From contig CAZECW010000058.1 of assembly GCA_964510585.1 (NCBI GenBank), positions 1 through 32,000 of the forward strand: 32,000 nt of DNA. The letters run 5' to 3'. Of the stretch, positions 17,754 to 28,226 are shown one piece after another. The stretch comes from an uncultured archaeon (lineage in GTDB: Archaea; Asgardarchaeota; Jordiarchaeia; Jordiarchaeales; Jordiarchaeaceae). Numbering within the stretch: position 1 is the stretch's first letter; each line of letters begins with the position of its first letter. Position numbers and translations under genes: made by a program. The notes beneath the pieces were generated by a model. That model was given only the letters and a program-made list of their open reading frames with translations. It did no database searches and was not told where the DNA came from.

Positions 17754-20117
17754 TTACTTTTTAGCTTTAACTAATCTTTCGTATAGTGTGGGGTCTGGTA
17801 TCTCAGAAGGTTTCCAGTTTCTATCTTTAAGAACTCTCATCAAGTCTTCTTTGAAAGTCACTGGGATGTCGCCCTCAACCCTTATGTACTTTTGTATATC
17901 ATCTGGGAAGTCCTTTCCGTACTTTCTGCGGTACAGGTCTATCCAGTGGCTGAGTTTAATAGCCCTACCCTTGGAGGTGTCGTTGGGCCTCAAACACAAC
18001 TTGGCCGTCTGCACGATACACTCATCCATGTTCTCCGCTGCAACTATCAGGTGTTCAGGAGTTGGGCCAACATACACTTTATCCCCGGTTCGAGCATTGT
18101 ACACGTACCAGTCCTCGTCAATATCGCTGCGGCCGAGGTACATTCTTCTGTACTTGGAACCATGTGGTCCCACAATCACTGGTATACCATACATGTTACA
18201 CCCCGTCGCTATGGAGGCCGCCTTTTGACTGTAGGCTCCCCAAGCAACGCCAACAGCGCCCACTCTGTTTAAAACATAGTCTGCTATTTCTTCAAAGTTT
18301 GCTCTCAATGGCCTCCTTGCGAATATGTTTGCGATCTTTATTGCAGCTCCCACAATATGACTATTGGACACGCAGGAGCCAACATTTACAAGTCCACCGG
18401 CGTCAAAATCACCCGGATATTTTTCATAAAGTGTTAGTCCTTCTTCATCCTTGTATCTGGCTATGTCCATGGCTGAGCATCCGCTTACAACCACTATGTA
18501 TCTTCTTTTGAGGAACTCTTCAGCCATCTTGGCTACCTCTGTTGGTCCTGCGGGGTAGTTTGCGCAGCCAACGTAGGCAATCACACCCGGAATCTCACCC
18601 AACACTATGGGGGCACCCACGTTTCGGATTTCTGTGTCTTTAATTGGGCCACGCCCAACTCTGACCTTGTAAACATCACTTTTGATTTGGCTCTGAGATG
18701 CTGCATCTATCAGTTCTTTAACGGGTATATCCTTCCTGCAGGCTAGACTACATCTCCCGCAGCCCACACAGTCCTCATACAGAGATTCAAGCAGGCTTAG
18801 GTTACCAGAAGCCGCAGCCTTCACTGCTTCTGAGGTGAGCAGGTCATTTGGGCAAGCCCTCTCACAGTCATAACATTCGGTACACAACTTGGCAAATTCG
18901 GTAATCTGCTTCTTGTCGGGGACATTCTTAAACTTCTTTCTTAGGGGAGCCAGCTTCATGGCGGTTCTAACTGCGACCTCACCCGCCTTCTCGCCGTCAA
19001 GTATAAGTGCACCATTAGCTTCACCCGCCATAGCGTACTTGACAAGGTCTTCAACTATATCCTGTACTGGGTCGAAGGTTCTATCTTTTAGGCCTAAGCA
19101 GTTTTTCTCATTTGTGGCTATGAAAGCCGCTTTAACCTTGGCGGCCTCCTCGATGATATCGGTACGGATACACTGCTCATCAACCATCACAACGTCTGGA
19201 ATACCAGATCTGACGAAGGTTAACTGTCGCGCTATTGAGCCTATAATTTTATACCCGGGATTGTATCGGGTTAAGTCTAGGGCGGTGCAGCATATTCCAG
19301 CAAGTTCCAAGTTTTCCTCAAGATTGTGTTCACGTAGGTAGTCTATAACGCCCACACTGGGAATAACGTTGTGGCCAATTACTAGGATCATGGGTTTTTC
19401 TGGGTCTATACAACCCAAACCAATTTCTACCAGGGGGGCGTCCCCTTCACCCTTTGGAAAATTCAGTGCTGTTATCTGAATCAGGTCGGCTGTTTCCATT
19501 CCCACAAAATCCATTAAGCCAATGTGTAGGGCTTTAGCCTCAAAGTCTATGTAGCTTCCTTCTTGTCCAGTGTGGCATGCTGCGACTCCTTGTACTATCT
19601 GGTTTTCCACATAGTCTAACACTTCTTCTAAGTCGCTCAGTTTCTGAGGCTTTATCCCAAGCACATTTCTGATGATGGGGGCCTCTACTGCAATGTCATT
19701 GCCTAGGTTAATAGGGTAGTCGGGGCCGACTCTCTTGATGAGGTCGTGTAGCATGTGTCTTGCGTGACCTGCATGCGCTGATGCGCCTATGGTGCAAGCT
19801 AGGAGAACTATTCTTCCCTGAGTGTCTTCTATTGTGATTCCGCATGCGCCGCGTTTGCCTGCGGTTAGGTCGCAGTGACCATAGGTGCAGAGGCAGCAGC
19901 GGTCGCAGAATGGAGCGTAGAAGGGGCGATACCTTTTAAGAAGCCTGTCTACAGTCCAAGATCTAAGCTGTGCTAGAGTGGGTTTGGGTGTGGGTCCCAT
20001 GGGTTCCCATTCTTCTTCTTCCACTATGACTTTGCCTATTTGTACCTCTAGGTTTTTAAATGATGCTAGGGGTGTTTTTAGCTCGTCTGCCTTCAAATAT
20101 CCCGAAGTTTTTGCCAT
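17754..20117 (-). CDS. cdhA: ACDS complex alpha subunit (CO dehydrogenase)
   Basis: CCLCTYGHCDL, GHNV, GICCT, two extra ferredoxin motifs (CTECYDCERACP, CVGCGRCSLAC), VGSCVSNSH; GGAGG SD. Confidence 0.97.
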   Translation of the reverse strand: MAKTSGYLKADELKTPLASFKNLEVQIGKVIVEEEEWEPMGPTPKPTLAQLRSWTVDRLLKRYRPFYAPFCDRCCLCTYGHCDLTAGKRGACGITIEDTQGRIVLLACTIGASAHAGHARHMLHDLIKRVGPDYPINLGNDIAVEAPIIRNVLGIKPQKLSDLEEVLDYVENQIVQGVAACHTGQEGSYIDFEAKALHIGLMDFVGMETADLIQITALNFPKGEGDAPLVEIGLGCIDPEKPMILVIGHNVIPSVGVIDYLREHNLEENLELAGICCTALDLTRYNPGYKIIGSIARQLTFVRSGIPDVVMVDEQCIRTDIIEEAAKVKAAFIATNEKNCLGLKDRTFDPVQDIVEDLVKYAMAGEANGALILDGEKAGEVAVRTAMKLAPLRKKFKNVPDKKQITEFAKLCTECYDCERACPNDLLTSEAVKAAASGNLSLLESLYEDCVGCGRCSLACRKDIPVKELIDAASQSQIKSDVYKVRVGRGPIKDTEIRNVGAPIVLGEIPGVIAYVGCANYPAGPTEVAKMAEEFLKRRYIVVVSGCSAMDIARYKDEEGLTLYEKYPGDFDAGGLVNVGSCVSNSHIVGAAIKIANIFARRPLRANFEEIADYVLNRVGAVGVAWGAYSQKAASIATGCNMYGIPVIVGPHGSKYRRMYLGRSDIDEDWYVYNARTGDKVYVGPTPEHLIVAAENMDECIVQTAKLCLRPNDTSKGRAIKLSHWIDLYRRKYGKDFPDDIQKYIRVEGDIPVTFKEDLMRVLKDRNWKPSEIPDPTLYERLVKAKK

Positions 20118-20183
20118 TTTACTTCCTCCATAAAAATGCGCAGTAATGAAATAATCACTCCGCGTAACGGGAGATTTTTTTAG

Positions 20184-20196
20184 TTTTAAACTTTGC
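20184..20196 (-). promoter_or_regulatory. Candidate BRE/TATA box for the cdh operon
   Basis: On the - strand GCAAAG-TTTAAAA about 70 nt upstream of the cdhA ATG; motif match only. Confidence 0.35.
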
Positions 20197-20709
20197 TATG
20201 AATATTTGATACAGTTTCATTAAATGTTCCCCATCTAGATGTGCGGTGCCTCTTGTAACGCTTCCTCAACCTTTTTATGGCTTAGCCTTTTCCCCTGCCT
20301 TAAAGTCTATTTTTTGAAGCTTACATATTCCCCTAGCATTAAATAGCCCAAAAAATAAGTGGCGCCATATTAAATGTGCTAGTGTTTCTAGCAAGGTGGC
20401 AGATATTTTGGCGTTTAGCTTTCGACGGAGGTTAACTAACTCCAATTAAACTTGGTTGGTGGTATAATCATACCTCTGCTCAGAAATTGGCGGAGCAAGT
20501 TGCTTGGAAAAAATTAGTATACGTCATGTTTTACATTGTAAACACTCTTTGTTTACTAACTGGTGGTGTGTATAAAAAAATGAAAGTGAATGATTATTGT
20601 ATTCTCTCAAAGTAGTTTTATAAAGATTAATATTTTGGAATGCTATTTTCTGGGGGTTTTGCTCAATGTGACTTGAGTAGGATGTGTGGTGAGTTTAGCT
20701 GGTGCTTAT

Positions 20710-21591
20710 TTAGACTAGTTCTTTGAGGTAGATGAAGTGTTTTCCGAGTTGTCCTCCATAGTTTCCTGCGGTGATCTTTTTTATTCCGGGCATGTTTTTG
20801 ACTGTTTTTATTCCTACAGACATTGCTTTTTTTACGAGGTCGAGTGTGAGTCCGTTGATTACGATTTCGAAGACGCTGTTTACGTCGCCGGGTAGTTCGG
20901 AGTCTTCTATTTGCCCTTTTAGTGTGGGGCAGTATTTCTGGTTTGTTGTGGCGTGCATAAACTTGTATTTTAGTGATCCTACTTTGCTTCCGCTTCTACA
21001 TATTCCTCCGGGGAAGGGTAGGATTACTTTGTCTATTTTTTGTATTTCCTCTACTGCGGCTTCTGCTGCGGCTAGTCCTTGGTCTTCGGTTTGTGCTAGT
21101 ATGAAGAAGTTTCCTCCCGCTATTCCTTTTTTGGCGCCGAAGTCCTTCTCTATTATGAAGTCTCCTTCCATTACAGGTATCTTGTATACTTCTTTACCAG
21201 CTACTTCTCCCTTTTTTTGGAATCCGTCGCCAAAGTATTTCATTTTGTTTCCAGTATCGAATACTACTTCTGGCTCTTCTCCTAGGGCGTCAAAAACGGC
21301 GGTTGTGGGGCAGGTGAGGATGCACTGTCCCACCCGGTCTATGAGGACTTGTTCGAGGTTCTTTTTTGAAGCGCAGAACATCACAATTGCTCCTGGGCGT
21401 TTGTCTGGTGTTTCTGTTGCGGGAACCATTTTGTCGATGCCCGCCTCGCAGGGGCAGCCTATAGTTGATGTTGCGAAGCCTGTAGAAACGTTTGCGGCTG
21501 TTCTTGCCCATTTCTCATTTTTTGCTGTTATTAAGATTCTACTCATCCAGAGATTAAAGCATTCAGCAAAAGTGTCAACAATTTCCGCCAA
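20710..21591 (-). CDS. ftr: Formylmethanofuran:tetrahydromethanopterin formyltransferase
   Basis: ATSTIGCPCEAGI, GGICRSGSKVGS, ITAGNYGG.LG; TTG start with GGAGG. Confidence 0.96.
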   Translation of the reverse strand: MAEIVDTFAECFNLWMSRILITAKNEKWARTAANVSTGFATSTIGCPCEAGIDKMVPATETPDKRPGAIVMFCASKKNLEQVLIDRVGQCILTCPTTAVFDALGEEPEVVFDTGNKMKYFGDGFQKKGEVAGKEVYKIPVMEGDFIIEKDFGAKKGIAGGNFFILAQTEDQGLAAAEAAVEEIQKIDKVILPFPGGICRSGSKVGSLKYKFMHATTNQKYCPTLKGQIEDSELPGDVNSVFEIVINGLTLDLVKKAMSVGIKTVKNMPGIKKITAGNYGGQLGKHFIYLKELV

Positions 21592-21840
21592 AAATCATAA
21601 CCTCCGCTTTTATAATATCTTATCTCCATAAATCAGTTGTCATGGATTTATTTTTTTCTCCGAAAACCGACATTGAGTTTTAATATTGATCGCCATAGCT
21701 TTTAAGCTGTTTGTGTATGAAAAAAAGGCATAGTAAACTCTGAAACTGACTCTAAAAGTGTATTTTTAGGGGTATAATATTTTTATATTTGTTTCCTGAA
21801 AGGCTGTATATAATTGTAATTTGTGATAGATGGTGGTATT

Positions 21841-22674
21841 ATGGATGTTGTCAAAATAGGTTTTGTAAAGGTGGGAAACATTGGAAGCGCTCCACTACTA
21901 GAGTTCCTCTTGGATGAGAGAGCCGACAGAAACGATATTGATGTTCGGGTAGTTGGTTCAGGAGCAAAACTTAATCCAGAGCAAGCTGAGGAAGTAGCTA
22001 GAAAAATTCTGGATTTCAAACCAAATCTTGTGATTACTGTAAGTCCAAATGCGGCACTACCCGGCCCCGGAAAGGTTCGAGAAATAATGGCAGACGCAGG
22101 CATTCCTCTAATAGTGGTTTCGGACGCTCCGGGGAAAAAGATTAAGGAGGATGTGGAGGCTAAAAATCAGGGATACATAATTGTGAACGCCGATGCAATG
22201 ATAGGAGCAAGGAGAGAATTCTTAGACCCCACGGAGATGGCTATATTTAACGCAGACATCATAAAAGTTCTAGCTGCCACGGGCGCCTTCTCTGTGATAT
22301 ATCAGGAGATAGACAAAGTAATTGAACAGATAAAGAAGGGAGAGAAGCCAGAACTCCCAAGAATTATTATTACCAAGAATAAGGCAGTAGACGCTTTAAA
22401 CTTCCAGAATCCTTACGCCTACGCAAAAGCCTTAGCTGCTTACGAAATCGCAAGCGCAGTTGCAGACTTGAATGTTGAAGGATGCTTCAAACTACAGGAA
22501 GCAGAAAAGTACATACCAATAGTTGCAGGTGCACATGAAATGATGAGAGTAGCAGCAAAACTAGCTGACGAGGCAAGAGAACTTGAAAAAACAGGAGACA
22601 CTGTAATTAGGCGACCTCACAAGAAATCAGGAGAAATACTAACAAAAACCGCTCTACTTCAAAAACCATCCTAG
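21841..22674 (+). CDS. mtd: F420-dependent methylene-H4MPT dehydrogenase
   Basis: KIGFVKVGNIG, DERADR.DI..RV.GSGAK, MIGARREFLDP.EMA.FN; ATG 21841 preferred. Confidence 0.95.
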   Translation: MDVVKIGFVKVGNIGSAPLLEFLLDERADRNDIDVRVVGSGAKLNPEQAEEVARKILDFKPNLVITVSPNAALPGPGKVREIMADAGIPLIVVSDAPGKKIKEDVEAKNQGYIIVNADAMIGARREFLDPTEMAIFNADIIKVLAATGAFSVIYQEIDKVIEQIKKGEKPELPRIIITKNKAVDALNFQNPYAYAKALAAYEIASAVADLNVEGCFKLQEAEKYIPIVAGAHEMMRVAAKLADEARELEKTGDTVIRRPHKKSGEILTKTALLQKPS

Positions 22675-22788
22675 ATTTCCTTCCCATTTTTAATTTCCAA
22701 AACCCCAAAAACTTAGTTTATTTGCACCCTCTTTTTCCCTACAACCAGGGTTATTAGTAATTAGGTTTTTCCTAGTTTTCCGAGTATG

Positions 22789-22816
22789 TATATGCTTAAA
22801 AAGATATAAGCATATA
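22789..22816. promoter_or_regulatory. Candidate operator: 10-bp perfect inverted repeat with 8-nt spacer
   Basis: TATATGCTTA-AAAAGATA-TAAGCATATA about 210 nt upstream of the SAM synthetase gene. Confidence 0.4.
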
Positions 22817-23025
22817 ATTTAAATATTATTTAATGTAATAAATTATGAGTGTTCACATTTCGACTCCTCCATAAAAGAATAAGGAATAAAAAAGGTTGAA
22901 TTGAAAAACGATTGTAAAAAAGGTTCACAAAAAATTGATAAATATGTATTGGATAGGGGTGAAAACCAAAACAAGACTGAAAAATGAGCGACAAATAAAA
23001 ATTTAGTCGTGTTAAATTTCTGAAG

Positions 23026-24234
23026 GTGTTAGAAGTGAATCTGGAAGTAACAAAAGCTTTTGGTTTACCTCCTTCCCAGCTACCAATGGAAATGGTTGAA
23101 CGTAAGGGCAAAGGACACCCAGATTCAATATGTGACAGAGCCTCAGAGGAACTAAGTATAGCACTTAGCAAGTATTACCTTGAAAACTTTGGGCGGGTAT
23201 TACACCACAACGTTGATAAATGTGTACTAGTCGGTGGGCAGTCCAACGCCAGATTGGGCGGAGGGGAGATTCTCGAACCCATATACCTACTTTTGGTAGG
23301 CAGAGCGACGGCGCAGGTGGGAAACGATCCTTCAAAAAAAGTTCCCATTGGAAAGTTTGCTGTAGGACATACAAAAGAATGGATGGCCAAAGAATTTCCA
23401 CATCTCAATGTTACAAGTGACATAATAGTGGACTACAAAATTAAGCCTGGCAGCGCTGATCTAGTAGGAAACTTTGAACAGGCACCCGAAATACCCAGAG
23501 CCAACGACACAAGTTTCGGAGTGGCTTTTGCGCCATTCACAGAAACCGAGAATCTAGTGTATCAAACAGAAAAATTTCTTAACTCGCCTGAATGTAAGAA
23601 GAGATGCCCCGCCATCGGTGAGGACATAAAGGTCATGGGAGTAAGACGCCACAATACAATCAACCTAACAATAGCAGCGGCGATAATTTCCAGCGAAACA
23701 CCAGACAAAGACAGCTACATAAATGTCAAAGAAGAAATCAAGAACATCGCACTAGACTTAGCCTCAAAAATCACAGAGATGGACGTAAACGTGCATGTAA
23801 ACACGGCGGACGTGATTAAAAGCGATTTAATGTATCTAACAGTTACTGGCACCTCGGCGGAGCATGGTGACGATGGACAAGTAGGTAGAGGAAACCGAGC
23901 CAACGGATTAATCACACCCTACAGACCCATGACTCTGGAAGCCGCGGCGGGAAAGAACCCAGTAACACATGTCGGCAAAACATACAATACAGCTGCAAGA
24001 AGAATAGCGGATACACTAGTTAAAGAAGAACCAAAAGTGGAAAACGTCTCCGTATACATCGTAAGCCAGATAGGAGCCCCAATCACTGAACCACAAGGAA
24101 TAAACATAGAGATAAACATGAACGGATCAATAAACACTGTTAAGAGTACAGCGGAAGCCATAGCTGAAGAAGTAATGCAGGATATGCCCAACATCTGGAA
24201 GGGCTTTATGGAAAGAAAATACGAGCTGTTCTAG
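23026..24234 (+). CDS. mat: Archaeal-type S-adenosylmethionine synthetase
   Basis: ERKGKGHPDSICD, HHNVDK, GDDGQVGRGNR.NGLITP.RPM, AGKNPV.HVGK; start 23026 or 23035. Confidence 0.96.
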   Translation: MLEVNLEVTKAFGLPPSQLPMEMVERKGKGHPDSICDRASEELSIALSKYYLENFGRVLHHNVDKCVLVGGQSNARLGGGEILEPIYLLLVGRATAQVGNDPSKKVPIGKFAVGHTKEWMAKEFPHLNVTSDIIVDYKIKPGSADLVGNFEQAPEIPRANDTSFGVAFAPFTETENLVYQTEKFLNSPECKKRCPAIGEDIKVMGVRRHNTINLTIAAAIISSETPDKDSYINVKEEIKNIALDLASKITEMDVNVHVNTADVIKSDLMYLTVTGTSAEHGDDGQVGRGNRANGLITPYRPMTLEAAAGKNPVTHVGKTYNTAARRIADTLVKEEPKVENVSVYIVSQIGAPITEPQGINIEINMNGSINTVKSTAEAIAEEVMQDMPNIWKGFMERKYELF

Positions 24235-24472
24235 GGAGACAAAGCCATTTCGACCAAAATAAAAAACACTCCCTCCTACTTTAAATAGTATTTATTACCT
24301 TTTCATAGATAGCTGAAAACAAGTTTCCTTCTTTTAAACTTATTTTAAACATATGTATAAATTTGAGACGAATTATTTTTTGAAAATTAAAAATAGCTAA
24401 TTTATGAGGATTTGGAAATTAGATGAAGTGAGGGTAGTTTGGGTAGGATTAGTAGAAAGGGTGTTTTTGTTT

Positions 24473-25435
24473 TTAGATTTCATTTGTTTTTTTAAGCAGA
24501 GGGATGTCTATTTTGCCAGCTACATGGGATTTGCCGGTTTTAATGTTGTTTACCAGTATGCTTGCTGGTGCAAATATTCCTGGATCAATCTTGTAGAAGT
24601 CAAAGCCTGCTTCCTTGAATATCTGGTAGAATGGCTTGCCATAACTCTTTGAAGCACTGGAGGGAGTTTTCTTCACTATTTCAGCTAGCTCCTCATCATT
24701 ATCTGAATCAACAAAAAGAGTAACGTGTCCCGCAGCTATAATTTGATCGTTGGTCCTACCCATAGCTTTCGTGCTATCAGGATGTACTGGAGCAACGGGT
24801 GCGCAACCACTGGCGTAAATAATCTTTTTGGGATCCAAGCCCACTTCCGATATCTTATGTATACCGGTCTCTACTACTCTTCCCGAAATTTGAATTGAAC
24901 CCACGATACTACTCGTTGGAGCCACAACTATGTTCACTTGGCTGGTTTTAACGTTGCATCCCTCAGCAATCACTTCCACGACTTCATCGTTGGGCAACTT
25001 ATCCGCCTCGAGAAAAAGCACTGCAACATCCGCCTTATCCTCATAGTCAATCTCTTTGTATAATTTCTTGGGCTTTAACGAAAGCGCTCTCGCTGGACCT
25101 GAGCCCATGCCGAAAAATTTTTCTTTCTTGTCTACGATTCTCCAGCCTGCAAACTGTGAGCCGAGGGTAGAGATAGGAGGATAACTTGTGGAAACCATAA
25201 TAGAAGGGAGGAAAACATCTCCATACTGGGCGGTAACCACATTAGCCTTTCCCAAACCCCCTAAACAAATTTCTGTGGCCATTTCCCCTGCGGCAATACT
25301 CCCCTTAGCATTAATCCCAGCGTCAATTATATGCGCACCATCACCGGTTTTAAATACGTTAACCTGAAGAAGTTCATTGTTCTCCACCATTTTGTCAAAT
25401 AACATCTTGGCTTGTTGGTTCACACTGACAACCAA
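24473..25435 (-). CDS. mch: Methenyl-H4MPT cyclohydrolase
   Basis: LGSQFAGW, GSGPARAL, GRVVETG, FYKIDPGIFAPA. Confidence 0.95.
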   Translation of the reverse strand: MVVSVNQQAKMLFDKMVENNELLQVNVFKTGDGAHIIDAGINAKGSIAAGEMATEICLGGLGKANVVTAQYGDVFLPSIMVSTSYPPISTLGSQFAGWRIVDKKEKFFGMGSGPARALSLKPKKLYKEIDYEDKADVAVLFLEADKLPNDEVVEVIAEGCNVKTSQVNIVVAPTSSIVGSIQISGRVVETGIHKISEVGLDPKKIIYASGCAPVAPVHPDSTKAMGRTNDQIIAAGHVTLFVDSDNDEELAEIVKKTPSSASKSYGKPFYQIFKEAGFDFYKIDPGIFAPASILVNNIKTGKSHVAGKIDIPLLKKTNEI

Positions 25436-25448
25436 TTTAATTACCCCT

Positions 25449-26276
25449 TTAGATTTTTATATGTGGATTCTTATCCTTTGATATGTAAATTGAGCCCTTA
25501 CCTTCCTCTGAAAGGTCTCCAGAAAACCTCAGAAAAGGTCCCTTAACCTTTTGACCGTCTAAATCCAGTTCTGGCACCTCTTCCTCGAACTTGAAGGTTG
25601 GCAACAGCTCAGACACTTTTCCGAGGATAATAATCTTACCCTTAGTCATTTCCGCGCCGGCACGCTCTTGAGCATCACCGTAAATCACAATTTCGCCACC
25701 TGACATATTTAAACCTGCAAAGGGACCAATATTTCCCTTAACCACAACCTTTCCATCAGCCATACGAGACGCTACTTCGCTACCTGCATTACCTTCAACA
25801 ATAATAGTACCAAAAATTCCCTTCTCAAGCCGGGTCATGCCCTCATAAGAACCGCGGTAGGCTGCACCCAGATAGTTTCCAGCGTTTCCCTTAATGTGAA
25901 GTTCACCAGCCTGCATTTCAGCTCCAGCCCAGTGGTCAGCGTCTCCCTCAACTATTATTTTACCACCTTTCATCATTGCACCAACATGCATTCCAACTTT
26001 GCCCTTAATAATAATCTCACCTGCAGTCATACCTTGCCCGATACGCTTAGCAGTCGGGACGTCACCCTTAATTACAATCGAGGTCTCCCCAGCGGACGCT
26101 CCACTCTCACCGGATACCTTGAAAAGATCGCCGAGCTTCTTTTGCCGGTTACCTCTCCAAACTTCAATCTTCTTAATATCCTCAATACTCTTACCCGCAA
26201 AATTGTCAGGGGAGATACCCTCAGCTTCGATGGGAACCTTAGGCTGCTCCGAAGGGATCAACTCAACTGTCTTCAA
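25449..26276 (-). CDS. fwdC: Formylmethanofuran dehydrogenase subunit C
   Basis: Repeated GxxGxxxG beta-helix units; TTG 26276 (MKTVELIP) follows a GAGGTG SD. Confidence 0.93.
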   Translation of the reverse strand: MKTVELIPSEQPKVPIEAEGISPDNFAGKSIEDIKKIEVWRGNRQKKLGDLFKVSGESGASAGETSIVIKGDVPTAKRIGQGMTAGEIIIKGKVGMHVGAMMKGGKIIVEGDADHWAGAEMQAGELHIKGNAGNYLGAAYRGSYEGMTRLEKGIFGTIIVEGNAGSEVASRMADGKVVVKGNIGPFAGLNMSGGEIVIYGDAQERAGAEMTKGKIIILGKVSELLPTFKFEEEVPELDLDGQKVKGPFLRFSGDLSEEGKGSIYISKDKNPHIKI

Positions 26277-26295
26277 CCACACCACCTCTTTCAAC

Positions 26296-28005
26296 CTAGT
26301 TAGAGTCACCTAAGGTGATAGCCATAGACTTGGGTAAATATTCCATTTGAACTGGATAATTACGGAGAGTCACACTGTAATGATAAGTGAAACGGTATTT
26401 GAGATCATCTAATATGGAAGCTTCCTGCTCCTTAGGCAAGTGAACATCAACCCAAATAGTCTTACCAAAGGGAGAAGCAACTACCTTGCCATCCTTAACC
26501 ACAACCATTCCGTCCTTCACGGTGTAAGCAGCGTTTCCAAGTGCCTTCTCTAACTTCTTATAATCTGCTGAAGCATTCATCTTAACCGGGTCAAAGTTAT
26601 AAATAGCAACATCTCCATCTGCGCCCACGCCCAGATGACCCTTATTCTTCAGGCCCAGAAGCTTTGCAGTTGCAGCCCTAGAAACAATGGCAAGCTCGCC
26701 AAAACTATACTCCCGATCAAAATCTGGCAACTTAGTCTTCTGAGAAGCAGTACTGTGAACTTTCTCCAACATATCCTTACGAGCAGACTTGCTCATAAGC
26801 CAAGAGAAAAACGTTGGATATTTAAAGAAGGGCCCACCATTAGGGTGGTCTGTAGTAGCACAAACCTTCCAAGGATCTTTAATACCTAACAAAAGCTCTA
26901 AACCAATAGCCCACTGGACTGCATTCACAGGATTCTTGCGCCTAAACTCGTAAGGCACTACACCAGAACTAGTTTCCAGCTCCACATCTGCATTAGTCCA
27001 CTTCTGATGATTAATACCCTGCAAAGCATACTCCCAAGGGCCGTCAGCTGTCATAGTTGTTGTATCTCCGAATATTACTTGTCCCACATCTATAGTTATG
27101 TGGTCGTGTTTGTTAATATATTCTATTATAGGTTCTGCCCCGGATGCAAAATTCTGCCAACTATCACCCGCATACGCGTTGAATTGACAGTGTGTGAAAT
27201 GCATCACATTTTTTCTTCCAGTTGCAGCATTAATCTTTTTCACAGTATCGAATGTCTCTAATGTAATTTCATAATTTCCGGGATGCCCCAAGTTGTTTCC
27301 ATGTACGTGTATGGTGTGGGGTAGTCCAAGTTTTTCGTTTGCCCAAGCCAATCCTTCAATTATTTGTCTGGGTGAAATTTCAAAGTATGTTACGGGATCA
27401 TCAAGACTGTTTACGTTTTTGCCCCATCCCCAGTTCTCGTCTCCCCCAGGATTTACTATCTTTACCGCGAAACCTTTTGCGGCTCTAAGCAGCCAAGCTA
27501 TGAAAGCAACCAGTTTTTCCGTTTCCCTATTCACTATGTAGTCGAATACGAACCAGTTGTTTCCAAGTAAGGGGAAACACGCTTTATCAATTATGGGAAT
27601 ATCATTTAGTTCTTCATGTGTGTGGCGAGCTTTGAGTGGAGGCATAGCTGGTTCAAAGGCAGTTGTATAGCCCAGCTGAGCATATCTATACCCGGTTACG
27701 AAGGTCGTTGGCACAGAGTAACCTGTTCCGGATCTAAGTCCTGGAGCCTTTGGTACTACGTCTTTCCTATGGTCTTCTGGCCTCAATATTCGGCCGGTGT
27801 TTACTTTGGCTCCCGCTATGTGAGTATGAATATCAACTCCGCCGGGCATTACCACCATACCGCTTGCATCAATAATTTGTGCTTTTTTGGATAATTTGCT
27901 GGCTTCTACAACTTTTCCATCCTTTATCGCAATATCCATTTTTTCTCCGTCTATTTTGTTAAGAGGATCGTAAACATAACCGTTTTTTATCAAGAGTTCT
28001 GCCAT
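26296..28005 (-). CDS. fwdA: Formylmethanofuran dehydrogenase subunit A (amidohydrolase fold)
   Basis: PGGVDIHTHIAG, HFTHCQFNAY, TDHPNGGPF; ATG 28005 (MAELLIKNG) with GAGGG SD. Confidence 0.96.
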   Translation of the reverse strand: MAELLIKNGYVYDPLNKIDGEKMDIAIKDGKVVEASKLSKKAQIIDASGMVVMPGGVDIHTHIAGAKVNTGRILRPEDHRKDVVPKAPGLRSGTGYSVPTTFVTGYRYAQLGYTTAFEPAMPPLKARHTHEELNDIPIIDKACFPLLGNNWFVFDYIVNRETEKLVAFIAWLLRAAKGFAVKIVNPGGDENWGWGKNVNSLDDPVTYFEISPRQIIEGLAWANEKLGLPHTIHVHGNNLGHPGNYEITLETFDTVKKINAATGRKNVMHFTHCQFNAYAGDSWQNFASGAEPIIEYINKHDHITIDVGQVIFGDTTTMTADGPWEYALQGINHQKWTNADVELETSSGVVPYEFRRKNPVNAVQWAIGLELLLGIKDPWKVCATTDHPNGGPFFKYPTFFSWLMSKSARKDMLEKVHSTASQKTKLPDFDREYSFGELAIVSRAATAKLLGLKNKGHLGVGADGDVAIYNFDPVKMNASADYKKLEKALGNAAYTVKDGMVVVKDGKVVASPFGKTIWVDVHLPKEQEASILDDLKYRFTYHYSVTLRNYPVQMEYLPKSMAITLGDSN

Positions 28006-28226
28006 TGAGCGTCCCTCAAGCCTTCTTTTAGCCTTCACAACATATTCCGAATCATTATTTATCTTTTTTGTTAGATCTCCACTTGTTTTTATTTAAAACC
28101 AAATCAACAATAATTACCTCGAGTTTGCAAATCTTATTTGGGCTGGTTTCGCTTCAATAGATTGGTTTTGGCTAAAACTTTTCGGCTTCCCCTTTAAAAA
28201 TAATATGATAATCACGCCTTTTTTAC

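Noticed and set aside
20200-20700. Possible gene remnant in the gap between ftr and cdhA
   Set aside because: Only short interrupted frames and no recognisable motif
20771-21631. Long antisense or alternate-frame ORFs (20771-21631 +, 28935-29582 +, 4055-4828 + and many shorter ones)
   Set aside because: They overlap well-supported genes, have no motifs, and are expected from the strong codon bias
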